The notes under the pieces are model-generated. The model ran no database searches, had not been told where the DNA came from, and saw only the letters and a program-made list of their open reading frames with translations. A stretch of 63,059 bases of DNA, counting the filler, from Octopus bimaculoides (taxonomy: Eukaryota): NCBI RefSeq assembly GCF_001194135.2. It is 4 parts of 4 records of this genome, joined end to end, with 100 filler letters (N's around TTAATTAATTAA, not from the genome) between each part and the next. Parts side by side here need not be neighbours in the genome. Positions count along the whole stretch, not along the records: positions 1 to 19,357 come from NC_068990.1; positions 19,458 to 27,036 come from NC_068998.1; 2 more parts are not named here. One strand, 5' to 3'. Position 1 is the first letter of the stretch, and every line of letters starts with the position of its first letter. Of this stretch, positions 11,630-24,414 are shown in pieces. The position numbers were made by a program, and so were the translations under genes.

Positions 11630-12260
11630 ACGACGTAAATAAACGTTGTTGACGTCATTGTAGACAACGTCAATTATGACGTCATCGACAGAACTATGAC
11701 GTCAGGGTTAAGAAAACTTTTGGGAGTTAACCTTAAGATTGCGATAATTTCTTTACGACAGACGATATGAAATGGACTATAAGGTAAACAAACTACCACT
11801 GATAGTATATGATACAATATAACGTATATGACACAATATAACCTAACATTACCCAAGGGAATATATGACGGTATATAATGCTACCGTCAACTAAAGGTCA
11901 ACTAAAATTGTCAATGGAATAAGCACCCAATAGCGTTGTGAATTATGAAGGGTCGTGACAACGGCGTGTCTATAACAACATATTGTCACTGAGAATGTCA
12001 ACATGCTCGGCTTGTACAACCTTACAGTAATGACGTCATTTACATGACGGAAACTAACCATATTACATCATTTGCGTGACGTTATCGATGACATCACTTT
12101 CATCCAGAATACGTTATCAGTGTTGACATTAATGACCATATGACATCATCCACGATGTCACCGCTGACGAGATTACGTCATCTATTGTGTCACCCGATGT
12201 CTCCCTTCCTCTCATGATATCATCATTGTCATAATTACGGTATCTATGACATCATCGTTG
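11630..12260. promoter_or_regulatory. Homotypic cluster of CRE/ATF motifs (candidate enhancer or decayed CRE-containing tandem repeat)
   Basis: Perfect TGACGTCA at 11650, 11677, 11697 and 12031; variants TGACATCA (12089, 12141, 12247), TTACGTCA (12173), TGACGTTA (12077). Function not shown. Confidence 0.5.
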
Positions 12261-12384
12261 TCACAGTTATGTCATCCATAATGACACAGTGTCGCTAAAC
12301 GGTTAATGTCACCAACCAAGACCACCAGTTTCGACTCGATCATTAGGTTACTGTTGTTGTTGTTGTTGTTGTTGTTGTTGCTAT

Positions 12385-12586
12385 TGTTAGAAACAGCAGT
12401 CAAATAACCCTTAATCCACACTATACCGTCTTAGATAAGGACTCGTTGAGTAATGTGGTACTGGATTCCTTGCAATTAGAGTAAAAACGAAAAAAAAAAA
12501 ACAGGTAGTCACGGCTAGAATGCTTTTGATATTTGGTCGGTCATGTTAGATCATGGCTGACCTGTGGTTAAACAACAACAACAACA
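12385..12586 (+). mobile_element. SINE-like repeat family D with (CAA)n tail; other copies about 16030-16210, 35810-35900, 39680-39835, 44468-44655 (+) and 46905-47030 (-)
   Basis: Shared motifs TTAGAAA(T/C)AGCAGCCAAAT...GATAATGTAGTC...GATGGTCACRGC...GCTGACCTG(T/G)GG(C/T)TAAACAACAAC. Confidence 0.65.
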
Positions 12587-12804
12587 GCGACGACGATGAC
12601 GACCACAAACTTTAGAATAATCTTTACGAAGACACCGAAAGAACAACTACTTTAAACTGATTCTTCCCTTATTTCTCTCTTTCTATTTCCTTTTCTTAAA
12701 TACAGAAACATGTACAAACTATATATATCTCTTTCTTTCCCGCTGTTTTGTGTCAGTCTATCTTTTTTTTATTTCGGTTAATCTGGAGAAATCTTTTTCT
12801 CTAT

Positions 12805-12811
12805 GCCCTGT

Positions 12812-12866
<55 letters not shown>

Positions 12867-12888
12867 CTTATCTATCTATCTATCTATA

Positions 12889-12925
<37 letters not shown>

Positions 12926-13043
12926 ATCTATCTTTCTTTCTTTCTATCTTTTTCTTTTCCCTTCCTCTCTTTGTCTTTTCTCTTTCTTACTCTCTCTTTG
13001 TCTTTCTGTTTCCGTCTCTCTCTTACTCATTAATTAGCTTTCA

Positions 13044-13120
<77 letters not shown>

Positions 13121-13530
13121 TCACCCACTCTCTATTTCTCTCCAGGAAACATCTCTAATTAATTGTTAATCTCTCTACATCTTTCTGTCTTCTTACTGTT
13201 AACCTCTCTCTCTTTCCCGATTGTTCATCTTTCTCTCTATTGATTTCTTTATTTCTCTCCCTATTGCCCTATGCATCTTTCTCTCTCTCTCTTTTTTCTC
13301 TCTGTCTGTCTGTCTGTCTCTCTTCCTTTCTCTCTCTCCTCTTCTATGTGTCTCTCTCTTCCCTTCTCTCTCTCCCCTTCTCTGTGTCTCTCTCTCCCTT
13401 TCTCTGTGTCTCTCTCTCCCTCCCTAACTATTTCTGTCTGTTTCTCTCTCCCCTTCTCTGTGTGTGTCTCTCTCTCTTCCTTCACTGTGTCTCTCTCTCC
13501 CTCCCTAACTATCTCTTTCTCTCTCTCTCA

Positions 13531-13590
<60 letters not shown>

Positions 13591-13800
13591 TTATTAATTT
13601 CCCTGAGCTTTTTTTTTGTTCCATTCTTTAATCTCTTATTTCTTCTCTCTCCTTTAAATCATTCTCACTCGCCATATTTCTCCCTCCCCGCCTTCCCCGC
13701 TTCCACACGCGTGCGCACACGCGCACATTTACTCGCTCATTTTCCTCTTTCTTTTCCTTCCCCTTTTATTTCTTTCTGTCAGCGTTTCCGCTTTCATTTC
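12805..13800. repeat. About 1 kb degenerate (CT)n polypyrimidine tract with higher-order repeats
   Basis: Seen directly; CCCTCCCTAACTAT occurs twice. Confidence 0.9.
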
Positions 13801-14003
13801 TACCTATATCACTATATTGATCCCGTTTGTCCATTCAACTGCACTTACACTCATCTCTGCATATTAGCATATCATTAAGGATGTACACACACGTACACAC
13901 ACACACACAGGCGTGCATTCAGAGATATGCACACATACACACACGTGCACACACACACGCACACATTACACACACACACNNNNNNNNNNACACACACGCA
14001 CAC

Positions 14004-14048
<45 letters not shown>

Positions 14049-14214
14049 GCACAACAAATACTCCACATCACATATGCTAGTCGCATACATTATGTCCAAG
14101 CATAAATATTCATGTTTCCGGTATAAATATGTGTGACTATACATATGTGTGTATATGTAGGTTGGTGTGAGTATGATGTGATTGTGAGTGTGTGGGTGCA
14201 TGTGTGCATGAAGT

Positions 14215-14247
<33 letters not shown>

Positions 14248-14644
14248 AAGCCAGACAGAAAAAGAGAGAAATTGAGAGTAGGGGTCAGAGGTAGAAAAAG
14301 AAAGAGGGAAAATGGGAAAAGGAAGAATTTCGTTTGTAGTATATGCAGCTTTAGTCATGCAGGTATTGTCAAATGCTTAAGTCCAATTTCCAATTACCTA
14401 GTCTTACGTTCAATCTCAGCCCGGCATCTCGTTTTCGGCGAATATCCAGAGGGACTAAGAATTTATGAATGAAATATGATATCGGGAAGCTGAGTAGGAA
14501 AACTCATCGATGAGATCGTTCTTGCACTTGTTGCTTCTTACTTCTAAAACCCCACGAGCTGTGGTTTTTTTCCTTCCTTTTCGTCTATTATTCACAGAGA
14601 TCCTGTAAAAATATCATAAATGCTATCTTTCCTCGTTAATAGGA

Positions 14645-14848
14645 TCAAGGCCTGAAATTTGGTGGGAGGAGTCTAATCAATTACATCGACCCCGGTGCTC
14701 AACTGGTATTTATTTTATAGGCCCCGAAATGGATGAAAGGCAAAGTCGACCTAGCCGGAATTTAAATTTTACGTAGAATGTAGAATCGTAAGAAATGCCG
14801 CAAAGCATCTTGTCCGGCATGCTAACGATTCTGCCAGCCTGCCACCTT
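14645..14848 (-). mobile_element. SINE family A
   Basis: Reverse-complement family-A motifs. Confidence 0.85.
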
Positions 14849-14939
14849 TTTGTCTTCATTAATAATTTGCGTACCACTTATGACTTTTACCAAACTTACG
14901 ACCACTACCACAAGTCAACGAAACATGCTTCATTGTCAC

Positions 14940-15130
14940 TATACTCCAGTAATTTAAGGCGGTTCCTAAACATATTGACAGTTATTTGGCCGATCCACTT
15001 TAGAGTTATGTATCTTGGCACGAAATACGTTCCAGCACCAATAGTCATAGATATCCTATCCTCTGAGCCAGTTGTTGAGATTATATTTCGATACGAATGA
15101 TAGTTAAATATCTTGGCTCGATGACATATA
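14940..15130 (-). mobile_element. Very old R4/Dong-like RT relic
   Basis: GTYFVP...RP(I)T...KLL/ITG remnants of the G.T.LIPK...YRPITCL...KLLTG motif, frameshifted. Confidence 0.4.
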
Positions 15131-15208
15131 TCAGCCATATTGTTCCATAGTCAGATATTCAACTCGCTGATGTGTTTGAAACTGTATTTCGATACAGATC
15201 ATAGTGAT

Positions 15209-15389
15209 ATGCAATGATATTATCAGTTAAAATATGCTTGTGGCACGTTCGAATCCGTGAGCAACCCATTCACTATCCTTTGTCATGGAGTAAAATTTCT
15301 CGCTTTAGACGCCGACAAAACACAGCGAATGGCTTGTTTACGGTTTCGAACGTGCCACAAGCATATTTGAACTGGTAATGTCATTGCAT
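15209..15389. repeat. Fold-back element, 63-bp arms (56/63 match), 55-bp spacer
   Basis: 15209-15271 vs reverse complement of 15327-15389; 24-bp perfect core. Confidence 0.9.
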
Positions 15390-16335
15390 TTATACACATC
15401 ACTACTTAGCGCTCCCACTCCGTAACAGACACATATTTCTTGGCATGAAACAGTACAGTAAAGTATGCTGGTTGATTGTTGACTAACCAATCTCCTGGCT
15501 CATATGACATTACTTTTCTAAATAGTTCATAAAGAAGTAGGTTCGACAAAGTAGGAACAACTCAATGCTGTAAGCTGTGGAAGCTTTGTAAAATTGAAAA
15601 ATGTTTTGCTCGGTTGTGATGTCGATATAACTAGAAATGGTAGAAGCGAGCGATAGAGCTTTAACTGCTTGAAACAGTCAAATCTCCACCAAATTATATT
15701 TTAGTGTATTTAAGATGGGCGGTCATGCTAAATAATACAGATAGGATTACAGTCTATGATTTTCACCCCAGTATATAGCCGGTAACTGATTTTATTGAAA
15801 CCCTAGAAGCATGAGAAGCAAAGTCGATCCCGACAGGATTTGAAGTAAGTAGCGAAAAGGGACACCGAAACAACGGGAAACAACTTGTCACTGTTACACG
15901 CACCAGCAGCATAGCAAAAGTGAAGCAGATTTCACTAAATCACGACATTGCGTCCTACTACTCCAATCGTTGTAATTTGAAGATATACGAACCAATGATA
16001 CAGCCTTTATATGATTCCTCGAACGGCTGGAAAAAGCAGCCAAAATTCCATAAAATCACAATGCAACGTCTTAGAAAATGAATGGACACATTGGATAATA
16101 CAATCCAAATAATCTATGGCTCCCAAATTTTTTTTATAGCATGGTAGTCACATGTAAAATATCTTTTGGTTATAGGTTGGATCAGTCGGGGACCGACTTT
16201 GGCTACACACAGCAATTATTCTAGCAATTTATCGAATCACCTAATCAAATGAATGACGAAAATTTCTTATCTGCATTGTTAATCTGTTTGCTAATCTACT
16301 TAAAAAGCGAACTGGAAAGAAGCTAATCTAATATT

Positions 16336-16748
16336 AATCTCAATTTTTGACGCAATACCAGAAATTTCGGAGGAAGATTAAGTCGAATACACTGACCCCA
16401 GGGCTCAAGTAGTAATTTTTTTATAGAGCCCGAAAGGATGAAAGACAAAGTCGACCTCGGCAGAATTTGAACTGAGAACATCAAGTCGAAAGAAATACCG
16501 CTAAGCATTTTGCTCGGCGTGCTAACGATTCTGCCAGCTCGACGCCTTAAGCTGATCTAATATTGGTTTTAAATTTTGGCATAAGGCAACCAATTTCGGG
16601 GGAGGATGAAGTGGATTACATCGACCCTAGTGCTTTATCTTACCGACCCCTAAAGGCTGAAACGCAAAGTTGATCTCGGCGGAAATTAAACTCAGAAAGT
16701 CAGAAGAAATCCCGTTAAGCATTTTGCTCGTCACGCTAACGATTCTAA
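16336..16748 (-). mobile_element. Two tandem family-A SINEs (16336-16548 and 16565-16746)
   Basis: Family-A motifs; bounded by three copies of AAGCTNATCTARTATT. Confidence 0.85.
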
Positions 16749-16934
16749 GCTCATCTAGTATTCGCAATTTCAACGTATGAAAGTAAAATTTTCAATTTAT
16801 AGTTATTGATATGGTGTTTATCTCGTTTACCCTCGATTTTGACAGAATAATTTTCAAAATTAGTCCTGTAGTAGTTGAACAGAGATATCATATCCTAAGG
16901 TCTTTAAACAATAAGAGATTTATAAAGAGATACG

Positions 16935-17258
16935 TTGGCATTTTATCTTTATGCTTTAATCATTTACTCGTTTCAGTCGCTGGACTACGGTTTTAGTAGA
17001 GCATCGCCTTGAAAGGTGCTGTAGAGCAAATCGTCCGACAACAATACATTTTATTTATTTATTTTTTAATCTGGCACTTATTCAGTTGGTTCTGTTTACT
17101 GAACCACTGAGTTGCGGGGACGTAAACAAACCAACACCAGCAATCGAGTGGTGGAAGGGTACAAACCCAAACGCAAACACACACACTCACACACACATTA
17201 TATATATATATATATACACACACATACACACATATATATGTATGTATAAACGCACACA

Positions 17259-17354
<96 letters not shown>

Positions 17355-17545
17355 CATATACACACGCACATTATATGTATATACATACGACGGACTTACA
17401 CAGTTTCCGCCTACGAAATTCACTCACAAGGTATGGAACTGCCCACATCTTATTGTAGAAAATTCGTGCCCAAGGAGACGCGCAGTGAGGTTGAACCTGA
17501 AACCACGTCGTTGCAAAGTGAGCTCCTTCACTACACAACCATTTC
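16935..17545 (-). mobile_element. SINE family B (diverged) with expanded internal CA/TA tract; partial local duplicate at about 17615-17705
   Basis: Reverse-complement family-B motifs; 17060-17155 is nearly repeated at 17615-17705. Confidence 0.8.
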
Positions 17546-17769
17546 TGTGGGTCAGTATTAGAGTATTACAAATGTGGAAGCTTTAGAAACAAAATGAACC
17601 GAGAAATAACTTTTTTTTTTAATCTGGCACTTATTCAATTGGTTCTATTTACTGAACCACTGGTTGCGGGGACGTAAACAAACCAGCACCGGCTATCGAG
17701 TGGTAATGTCAGTTGATCACTGTTTTTCGGTTGACTCTATTACATTTATGAGTCCCTACAGTAATATGC

Positions 17770-18085
17770 AGCAAGATTCATCCATCTTCTCCGATCGCTA
17801 TTCCTGAGAGGATCATCGGTGTACGGGCACCTCCTCCATAGACTCCTATCAGAAATAACCGTCATTAGACTTTCCGGTTGGATTTCCAAGTTTGACCAGC
17901 GAGTATTATCTGACCATTTAGTTCTCGGTCTATTCCTAGATCTCCTGACGGATGGCTCGGATTGCGATTTTTTCCTGCAACATTCTATTCACATGTCCAT
18001 CGTACTGGAGCTGTGATCTCTCAATGAGGAGAAGTAGCGGCTCGACCTGGATCTCTTGAGTAATAGTACTTCAGAGATTCTTCAG
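17770..18085 (-). mobile_element. RTE-clade LINE 3' fragment
   Basis: EPLLLLIERSQLQYDGHVNRM and RPRTKWSDN...DRSLWR match the RTE ORF2 C-terminus. Confidence 0.8.
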
Positions 18086-19457
18086 AGCAACCTCATATAT
18101 ACATATAGGGAGGTGGGGAGAGAGAGAGAGAGAGAGATAGAGAGAGGTGGGGAGATAAGGAGATAAGATACACCGGGCTAACAAAAAAAAATCTTCTGAT
18201 CGGTATTGTACTCTAAGTAATCCGAGGTCGAATGCCGAAGTCGAAGTCTATCACCAGTCAAATTTCTAAATCCAAGGTTGTATTACCCAGTGAAGATGAT
18301 ATGTTTAGTATGATTTTACAGAGTGGTACACATATTTAACATTATAGCATTATATATATATATAATGCTAAAAATATCTAATACAAATCGGGAGATATGG
18401 AAAATTGATAATAATAAGAAAATGCAATATAATATTTTACATTGCAGTTAATAAACACCAAAGTATATTTTTACAGCCAAATAATTTCAAAATATTTTTT
18501 ACAGCCAAAATAAATTCAAAATAATTTCAAAATATAATAATATGCACTTAATAATATGCACTGAAAAACAGTTTAGCATAATCAAATAAATTCAGAATAC
18601 ATGGTTACATATTCCAAAATATATTATTATATCCAAAATACGTTTCTACAATCAAATGATTACAAGATTATGTCTACCAAAATACATGTTTACATTAAAA
18701 TCATTTCATAATATGTTATTAAACACTACAAAGCCCATAGTTACAAAAATACATAATCAAATATTCCAATGTAGTTAATTACAAACCGGTTTCACGTTTT
18801 ATGAGAGATATTCATTGTTTCGTACAAGCCTTTAACATATAGTCTATCTACCTGAAGCAACCACGTAACATCTTGATATATTCAAGTAATAAATATATTA
18901 AGATCACATTTAAAGTTTCGTCTATATGATCTATTGCAAGTAACTAATTTAGGGTGTGTCTGTGATATTTATCTTTGCCAATTGAATTAACTGGAGGTTA
19001 CACCTGTTACACTAATTTTTTTTCTAATGATACCCGTTACTTTTCGAAAATTTTACAGCTGTTTTACATTCATGGATATTACTATTTTCGTTTCGTTTTG
19101 ATGTTTTGACGTTTTGATGTTTTGATCTGTATTTTTGATGTCTTTTTAATATAATTATGTTCCTTTACAACGACTGCTTTTTGAAATCTAAACCGGTGCT
19201 TTATTTTCAAAGAAATATTTTCCATATCGCTAATAAACTGAGATGATTTCGCCTTGTGAGTCACGGTTAAATATATAAAACCCGGAAAATTATTTGAAGG
19301 ATAGTTTTATTCAGTTCTCTACAGTTGTATGTGTTCATATATATATATATATATATANNNNNNNNNNNNNNNNNNNNNNNNNNNNNNNNNNNNNNNNNNN
19401 NTTAATTAATTAANNNNNNNNNNNNNNNNNNNNNNNNNNNNNNNNNNNNNNNNNNNN

Positions 19458-19508
<51 letters not shown>

Positions 19509-19749
19509 CAGAGGGAGAGAGAGAAAGAAAGAATGTGGGTGAGATAGATAGATAGATAGATATATAGATAGACAGATGAAAGTACTGATTCGATAATAGA
19601 TTAATTTAATTTAAAAACTAGATGATATATGTTTGCCAAAGAAAGTTGTGTTGCGTCGCGGAAAATGTCTAAAAGAGCATGCATAATGCGAGTAACAGGA
19701 TTATGGAACTGTTTGTAGTTACTTATTGTTTACATCTGTCGGTTACAAA

Positions 19750-20420
19750 GATTTTAGTGCAGTATTAAAGTAGTGCAGCATGTAGGCAGATTAGTGCAGT
19801 ATATAAGTACTTTAGTGAATATTTATATATAAGCAATTAGTGCAATATGGAAGTAGGTTTGCGCCTCATATATATTCAGTTCAATGCATGTAGAAGCTAT
19901 TTAGTGCAATATATAAGCAGTTTGGTGTGGTTTATACCTAATCAAATGCAGTGTATAAACGGTTTGGTGCATATATATGCAGTAGAGTGTTATCTATAAG
20001 CTGTTTAGTGCAGTATATAATATATCCATAGATGTGCAGTTTAATGAAGTATATAAGTAATTTAGTATATTCGTTGCTATTATGCAAAAGAGTCGTAAGT
20101 CCAAAACGTTGCCTTTCCAGAAAATGAAACAGTAGTTTCATCATTCTATAGCAAAACATTTGTACTACACTTTGACGAGTTTTGATATCTTGGCATCAGA
20201 AGCAGCAGGAGATACGATAGTTTGACAAAGAAATCCGGCTGTTGGAAGCAGAAATTAGATATTGAAAAAGAACAAAACGCATTTGGCCAAATTTGGACAT
20301 ACGATAGTTTAACATAATGGCAACGATATATGTATACGGGGTTTAGTGCAGTCTACAAGCACGTTATACATGTACTTAAGCAGTTTGGTACGGCATATAA
20401 GCAGCACAATGCCGTATATA
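19750..20420. repeat. Degenerate about 21-bp minisatellite (TTTAGTGCAGTATATAAGCAG), interrupted by a TIR element
   Basis: Repeated TAGTGCAGTATATAAG variants at 19750-20070 and 20327-20420. Confidence 0.75.
20071..20326. mobile_element. Small TIR element (MITE-like, 256 bp)
   Basis: TCGTTGCTATTATG (20071-20084) / CATAATGGCAACGA (20313-20326), 13/14 match. Confidence 0.6.
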
Positions 20421-20496
20421 ATCAGTTTATAATACCATATTTTCTTGTGGAACTTTTATGTTCGGATTTGTATGTTTTGTTACATGTATGTGTTCT

Positions 20497-21303
20497 CAAT
20501 ACCAAAGCAGGGCAGGTATCTCGGGTCATTTAGAATATTTAATTGGAGTAAGGTAAATCAAAAATGGAGAAGTAGAAGTAATTGATGTCTTACTGCTGTT
20601 TCTGCTATATCCCAGGTAATGGGTCAACATCTCCATACACTGAATAAACCGTCATCAGAGACAAAGCGTGTATGTGGGAAAGTTGCAGACTGAGAATTCA
20701 CAGTGTATAAAAGAATAAAAGAGTAGCTAGGATAAAGACTGGAGAATAAAGTTCACAGTTCATCTTGTTCCAGAGGGTATTGAAGTTAGTTCGTACTTCC
20801 ACGAAAAAATTTTTTAAATGGTCCAAGTGGCGGTATACCCACGCGGACCATTTTTCTTACAAACTAACCACTTAATCTCTTCCTTCAATCTGAATGCATC
20901 ATTCAAAATACTGCCTAGATTTACCTGGGATTATACTTAAGGGACTGTACCTTCACAGAAGTACGGACTAAGTTCCATACTCTAACTTCCATACTACAAG
21001 ATGAGCTGTGAACTTTATTCTTCTATCTTTATTCTTCTATCTTTATTCTTCTATCTTTATTCTTCTATCTTTATTCTTCTATCTACTGTTTTATTCTTTT
21101 ATACACTGTGAATTCTCAGTCATCAAGCTTTCTGCATACACACCTTGTCTCTGATGACGGAACACCCAATGCATGGAGTTGTTTACCCATCACCTGGGAT
21201 ATCCCGGAGACAGGTGTAAGACGTTAATTACTTCTACTTCTCCATTTTTGATTCACCTTACTCTAATAAGATATTCTGAGATACACGCCCTTCCTTGGTT
21301 TTG
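20497..21303. repeat. About 800-bp imperfect palindrome (arms about 300 bp, spacer about 20800-20960)
   Basis: AATCAAAAATGGAGAAGTAGAAGTAATT, CCGTCATCAGAGAC, GACTGAGAATTCACAGTGTATAAAAGAATAAAA and GAATAAAGTTCACAG all have ordered reverse complements in the right arm. Confidence 0.88.
21014..21083. repeat. Perfect 14-bp tandem repeat (TTTATTCTTCTATC) x5
   Basis: Seen directly. Confidence 0.97.
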
Positions 21304-21316
21304 TTGTCCAATCTCC

Positions 21317-21359
<43 letters not shown>

Positions 21360-22613
21360 ATGTGTGTGTGGGTGTCTGTGTCTGTGTCTGTATATGTGAT
21401 ATATAACATAGAAAATAGATCCAAGGTGCACATATGCCACCATTTTCATAAGATCGTGGGCGACACCGACTGTAATCTGGTGGTTAGTATCGGAGAATAT
21501 GATTTTTTAAAATCATTGTATCCCATCTACTCTTTTGGCTTTCACAAGTCAAATATTCCATTTGCTATTCAACCAATCGTCATATCCTATCGGTGCTTCT
21601 ACGAACAAATAAACATTAGTTTCTTGAAAGCACAATCAATGGCGTTTGGTAGATAGGAACATATTTTGCGGCGGATGGTCAAGAGATACACTTGTTTCAT
21701 TGAGCGTGGATAAACGTGAACGATTATAGCGAGTCTCTGGAATGTCATTTTCAAGACATTAATACATCAAACTAAGAACGAAAGTATTGATTTTGCAATA
21801 AGTATCATTGCGCTTTTCGCTAGGCTTCAGTGTGTGTTTCATATCTATTGTGACGGAGCAAAAGCCTCGATATTGTTTACAGAAGGCTATTGTAGGAGGT
21901 AATGCGTTATATAACCGAATTACTTGCTATTTCTGCTCCATTCTTGTTACAATAGTGTGTGGCTTATGCACGACACTGTCTTGTATACAAGCATATATAT
22001 AGTATATATATGAATGTGTATTTGTGTGATTTGTGTAGGTGTGTAAATGCAACAGCATGGGCAGAGTCAGTGACTGAAACATGAAAAGCTGAGTAATTAC
22101 ATATATCAATGTCTTTCTCTCTCTCTCTGTCTATCTGTATATGTATNNNNNNNNNNNNNNNNNNNNNNNNNNNNNNNNNNNNNNNNNNNNNNNNNNNNNN
22201 NNNNNNNNNNNNNNNNNNNNNNNNNNNNNNNNNNNNNNNNNNNNNNNNNNNNNNNNNNNNNNNNNNNNNNNNNNNNNNNNNNNNNNNNNNNNNNNNNNNN
22301 NNNNNNNNNNNNNNNNNNNNNNNNNNNNNNNNNNNNNNNNNNNNNNNNNNNNNNNNNNNNNNNNNNNNNNNNNNNNNNNNNNNNNNNNNNNNNNNNNNNN
22401 NNNNNNNNNNNNNNNNNNNNNNNNNNNNNNNNNNNNNNNNNNNNNNNNNNNNNNNNNNNNNNNNNNNNNNNNNNNNNNNNNNNNNNNNNNNNNNNNNNNN
22501 NNNNNNNNNNNNNNNNNNNNNNNNNNNNNNNNNNNNNNNNNNNNNNNNNNNNNNNNNNNNNNNNNNNNNNNNNNNNNNNNNNNNNNNNNNNNNNNNNNNN
22601 NNNNNNNNNNNNN

Positions 22614-22646
<33 letters not shown>

Positions 22647-23127
22647 GCGTATGTATACACTTATGTATATATTTATATATAGGCATGTACGTACGTATGT
22701 ATGTATGTACGTTTAGATGTGTACAGTATATACAGATATGCCTGCTTATATATGTATGTCTATATATAGTGGGAGCAAGTTCAAAGTGCTTATCGGTGGT
22801 TGAGTTCTGTGAATTATACAACCAATGTTATTGTCATAACTTGGCAATTAGAAAGGTTAGAAAATTGGTAGTAAATCTTGACGTCACCACTTATGTTTTA
22901 ATGGCTGCCAATATGACGTTATCACTTTGATATGGTTGTCTTATATATAAACCATATCATTATTTTACCTGTGTTCAAATTCTTTCATTGCTTTAAGTTT
23001 TCTTTCTCATATTTCATAAATATATTCGCCTATTTGCTTAGTTTTATGTACACTGTTACTCTTCTTATGTTTGTATATATATATGTGTGTGTATATGTAT
23101 ATGTATGTATATATATGTATATATATA

Positions 23128-23199
<72 letters not shown>

Positions 23200-23589
23200 T
23201 CTCCCACTCACTATCTCAGTGTCTCACCCATATTCCCTGGCTTTCTCTCTATATACATACTCTTAAATATACATATGTATTTATATATGTATATACACAC
23301 ACACATATATATAGAGAGAGACAGACACTTATATTCATATATATATACATGTATATGTGCGTATATTTATATATGAATGCACACACACGAAAACACACAT
23401 GCATATGTGGGTATATGTCTGTATATGTGTGTATGTGTATAACACAACTATAAAATTGTTCTTTATAAATATATTCCGTTTAATGCAGACTCCATTGAAA
23501 TTCTTTGCCATTAATCTCCACTTCATAATTCCTTCATATACTCCAAAGTTAATGTTCAATTCTACCGCGCGCGCACGGACACACGCACA

Positions 23590-23638
<49 letters not shown>

Positions 23639-23661
23639 AAAGTNNNNNNNNNNCACGCACA

Positions 23662-23710
<49 letters not shown>

Positions 23711-24005
23711 AAAGTGTTCTTGTTAGATTAGATATCTCACTGTTTAATATCTCACTGGAATGGACTCGTCTCCCATAACACACCGGGGATGAAATATGAC
23801 GATTTAATATTTGTATTCTAGTTTAGGATACGTGAAAGTAGTACACACCGCGCATACACACAAACACAAACACACACGCACATATACACGCAAACACACA
23901 CATTCAAACGCACACACACAAATGCACGCACATATGCGCGCGCGCGCATACACACACACACGCACACATATATATATATGAAATATCCATGGACGTATTT
24001 ACATA

Positions 24006-24176
24006 GGCGCAGAAGTGGCTGTGTGGTAAGTAGCTTGCTTACCAACCACATGGTTCCGGGTTCAGTCCCACTGCGCGGCACCCTGGGCAAGTGTTTTCTA
24101 CTATAGCCTCGGGCCGACCAAAGCCTTGTGAGTGGATTTGGTAGACGGAAACTGAAAGAAGCCCGTCGTATATACG

Positions 24177-24215
<39 letters not shown>

Positions 24216-24405
24216 TTGTGTGTCTGTGTTTGTCCCCCCACCATCGCTTGACAACCGATGCTGGTGTGTAACTTAGCGGTTCGGTACTAGAGACCGATAG
24301 AATAGGGACTAGGCTTACAAAGAATAAGTCCTGGGGGTCGATTTGCTCGACTAAAGGCGGTGCTCCAGCATGGCCTCAGTCAAATGACTGAAACAAGTAA
24401 AAGAG
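24006..24405 (+). mobile_element. SINE family B, full length
   Basis: Head GGCGCAGAAGTGGCTGTGTGGTAAG, core, microsatellite and tail all present. Confidence 0.92.
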
Positions 24406-24414
24406 TATATTTAC

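Noticed and set aside
19105-21083. Short tandem arrays considered as CRISPR-like
   Set aside because: There are no unique spacers and the context is eukaryotic; these are simple tandem repeats.
21420-21800. Possible ancient Dong RT remnant on the minus strand (ending AYVHLG)
   Set aside because: The similarity to the YKYLG region is too weak to support by eye.
23580-23715. About 60-bp direct repeat around a 10-N gap (similar case at 13957-14010)
   Set aside because: Overlapping contig ends separated by a minimal gap; scaffolding artefact.
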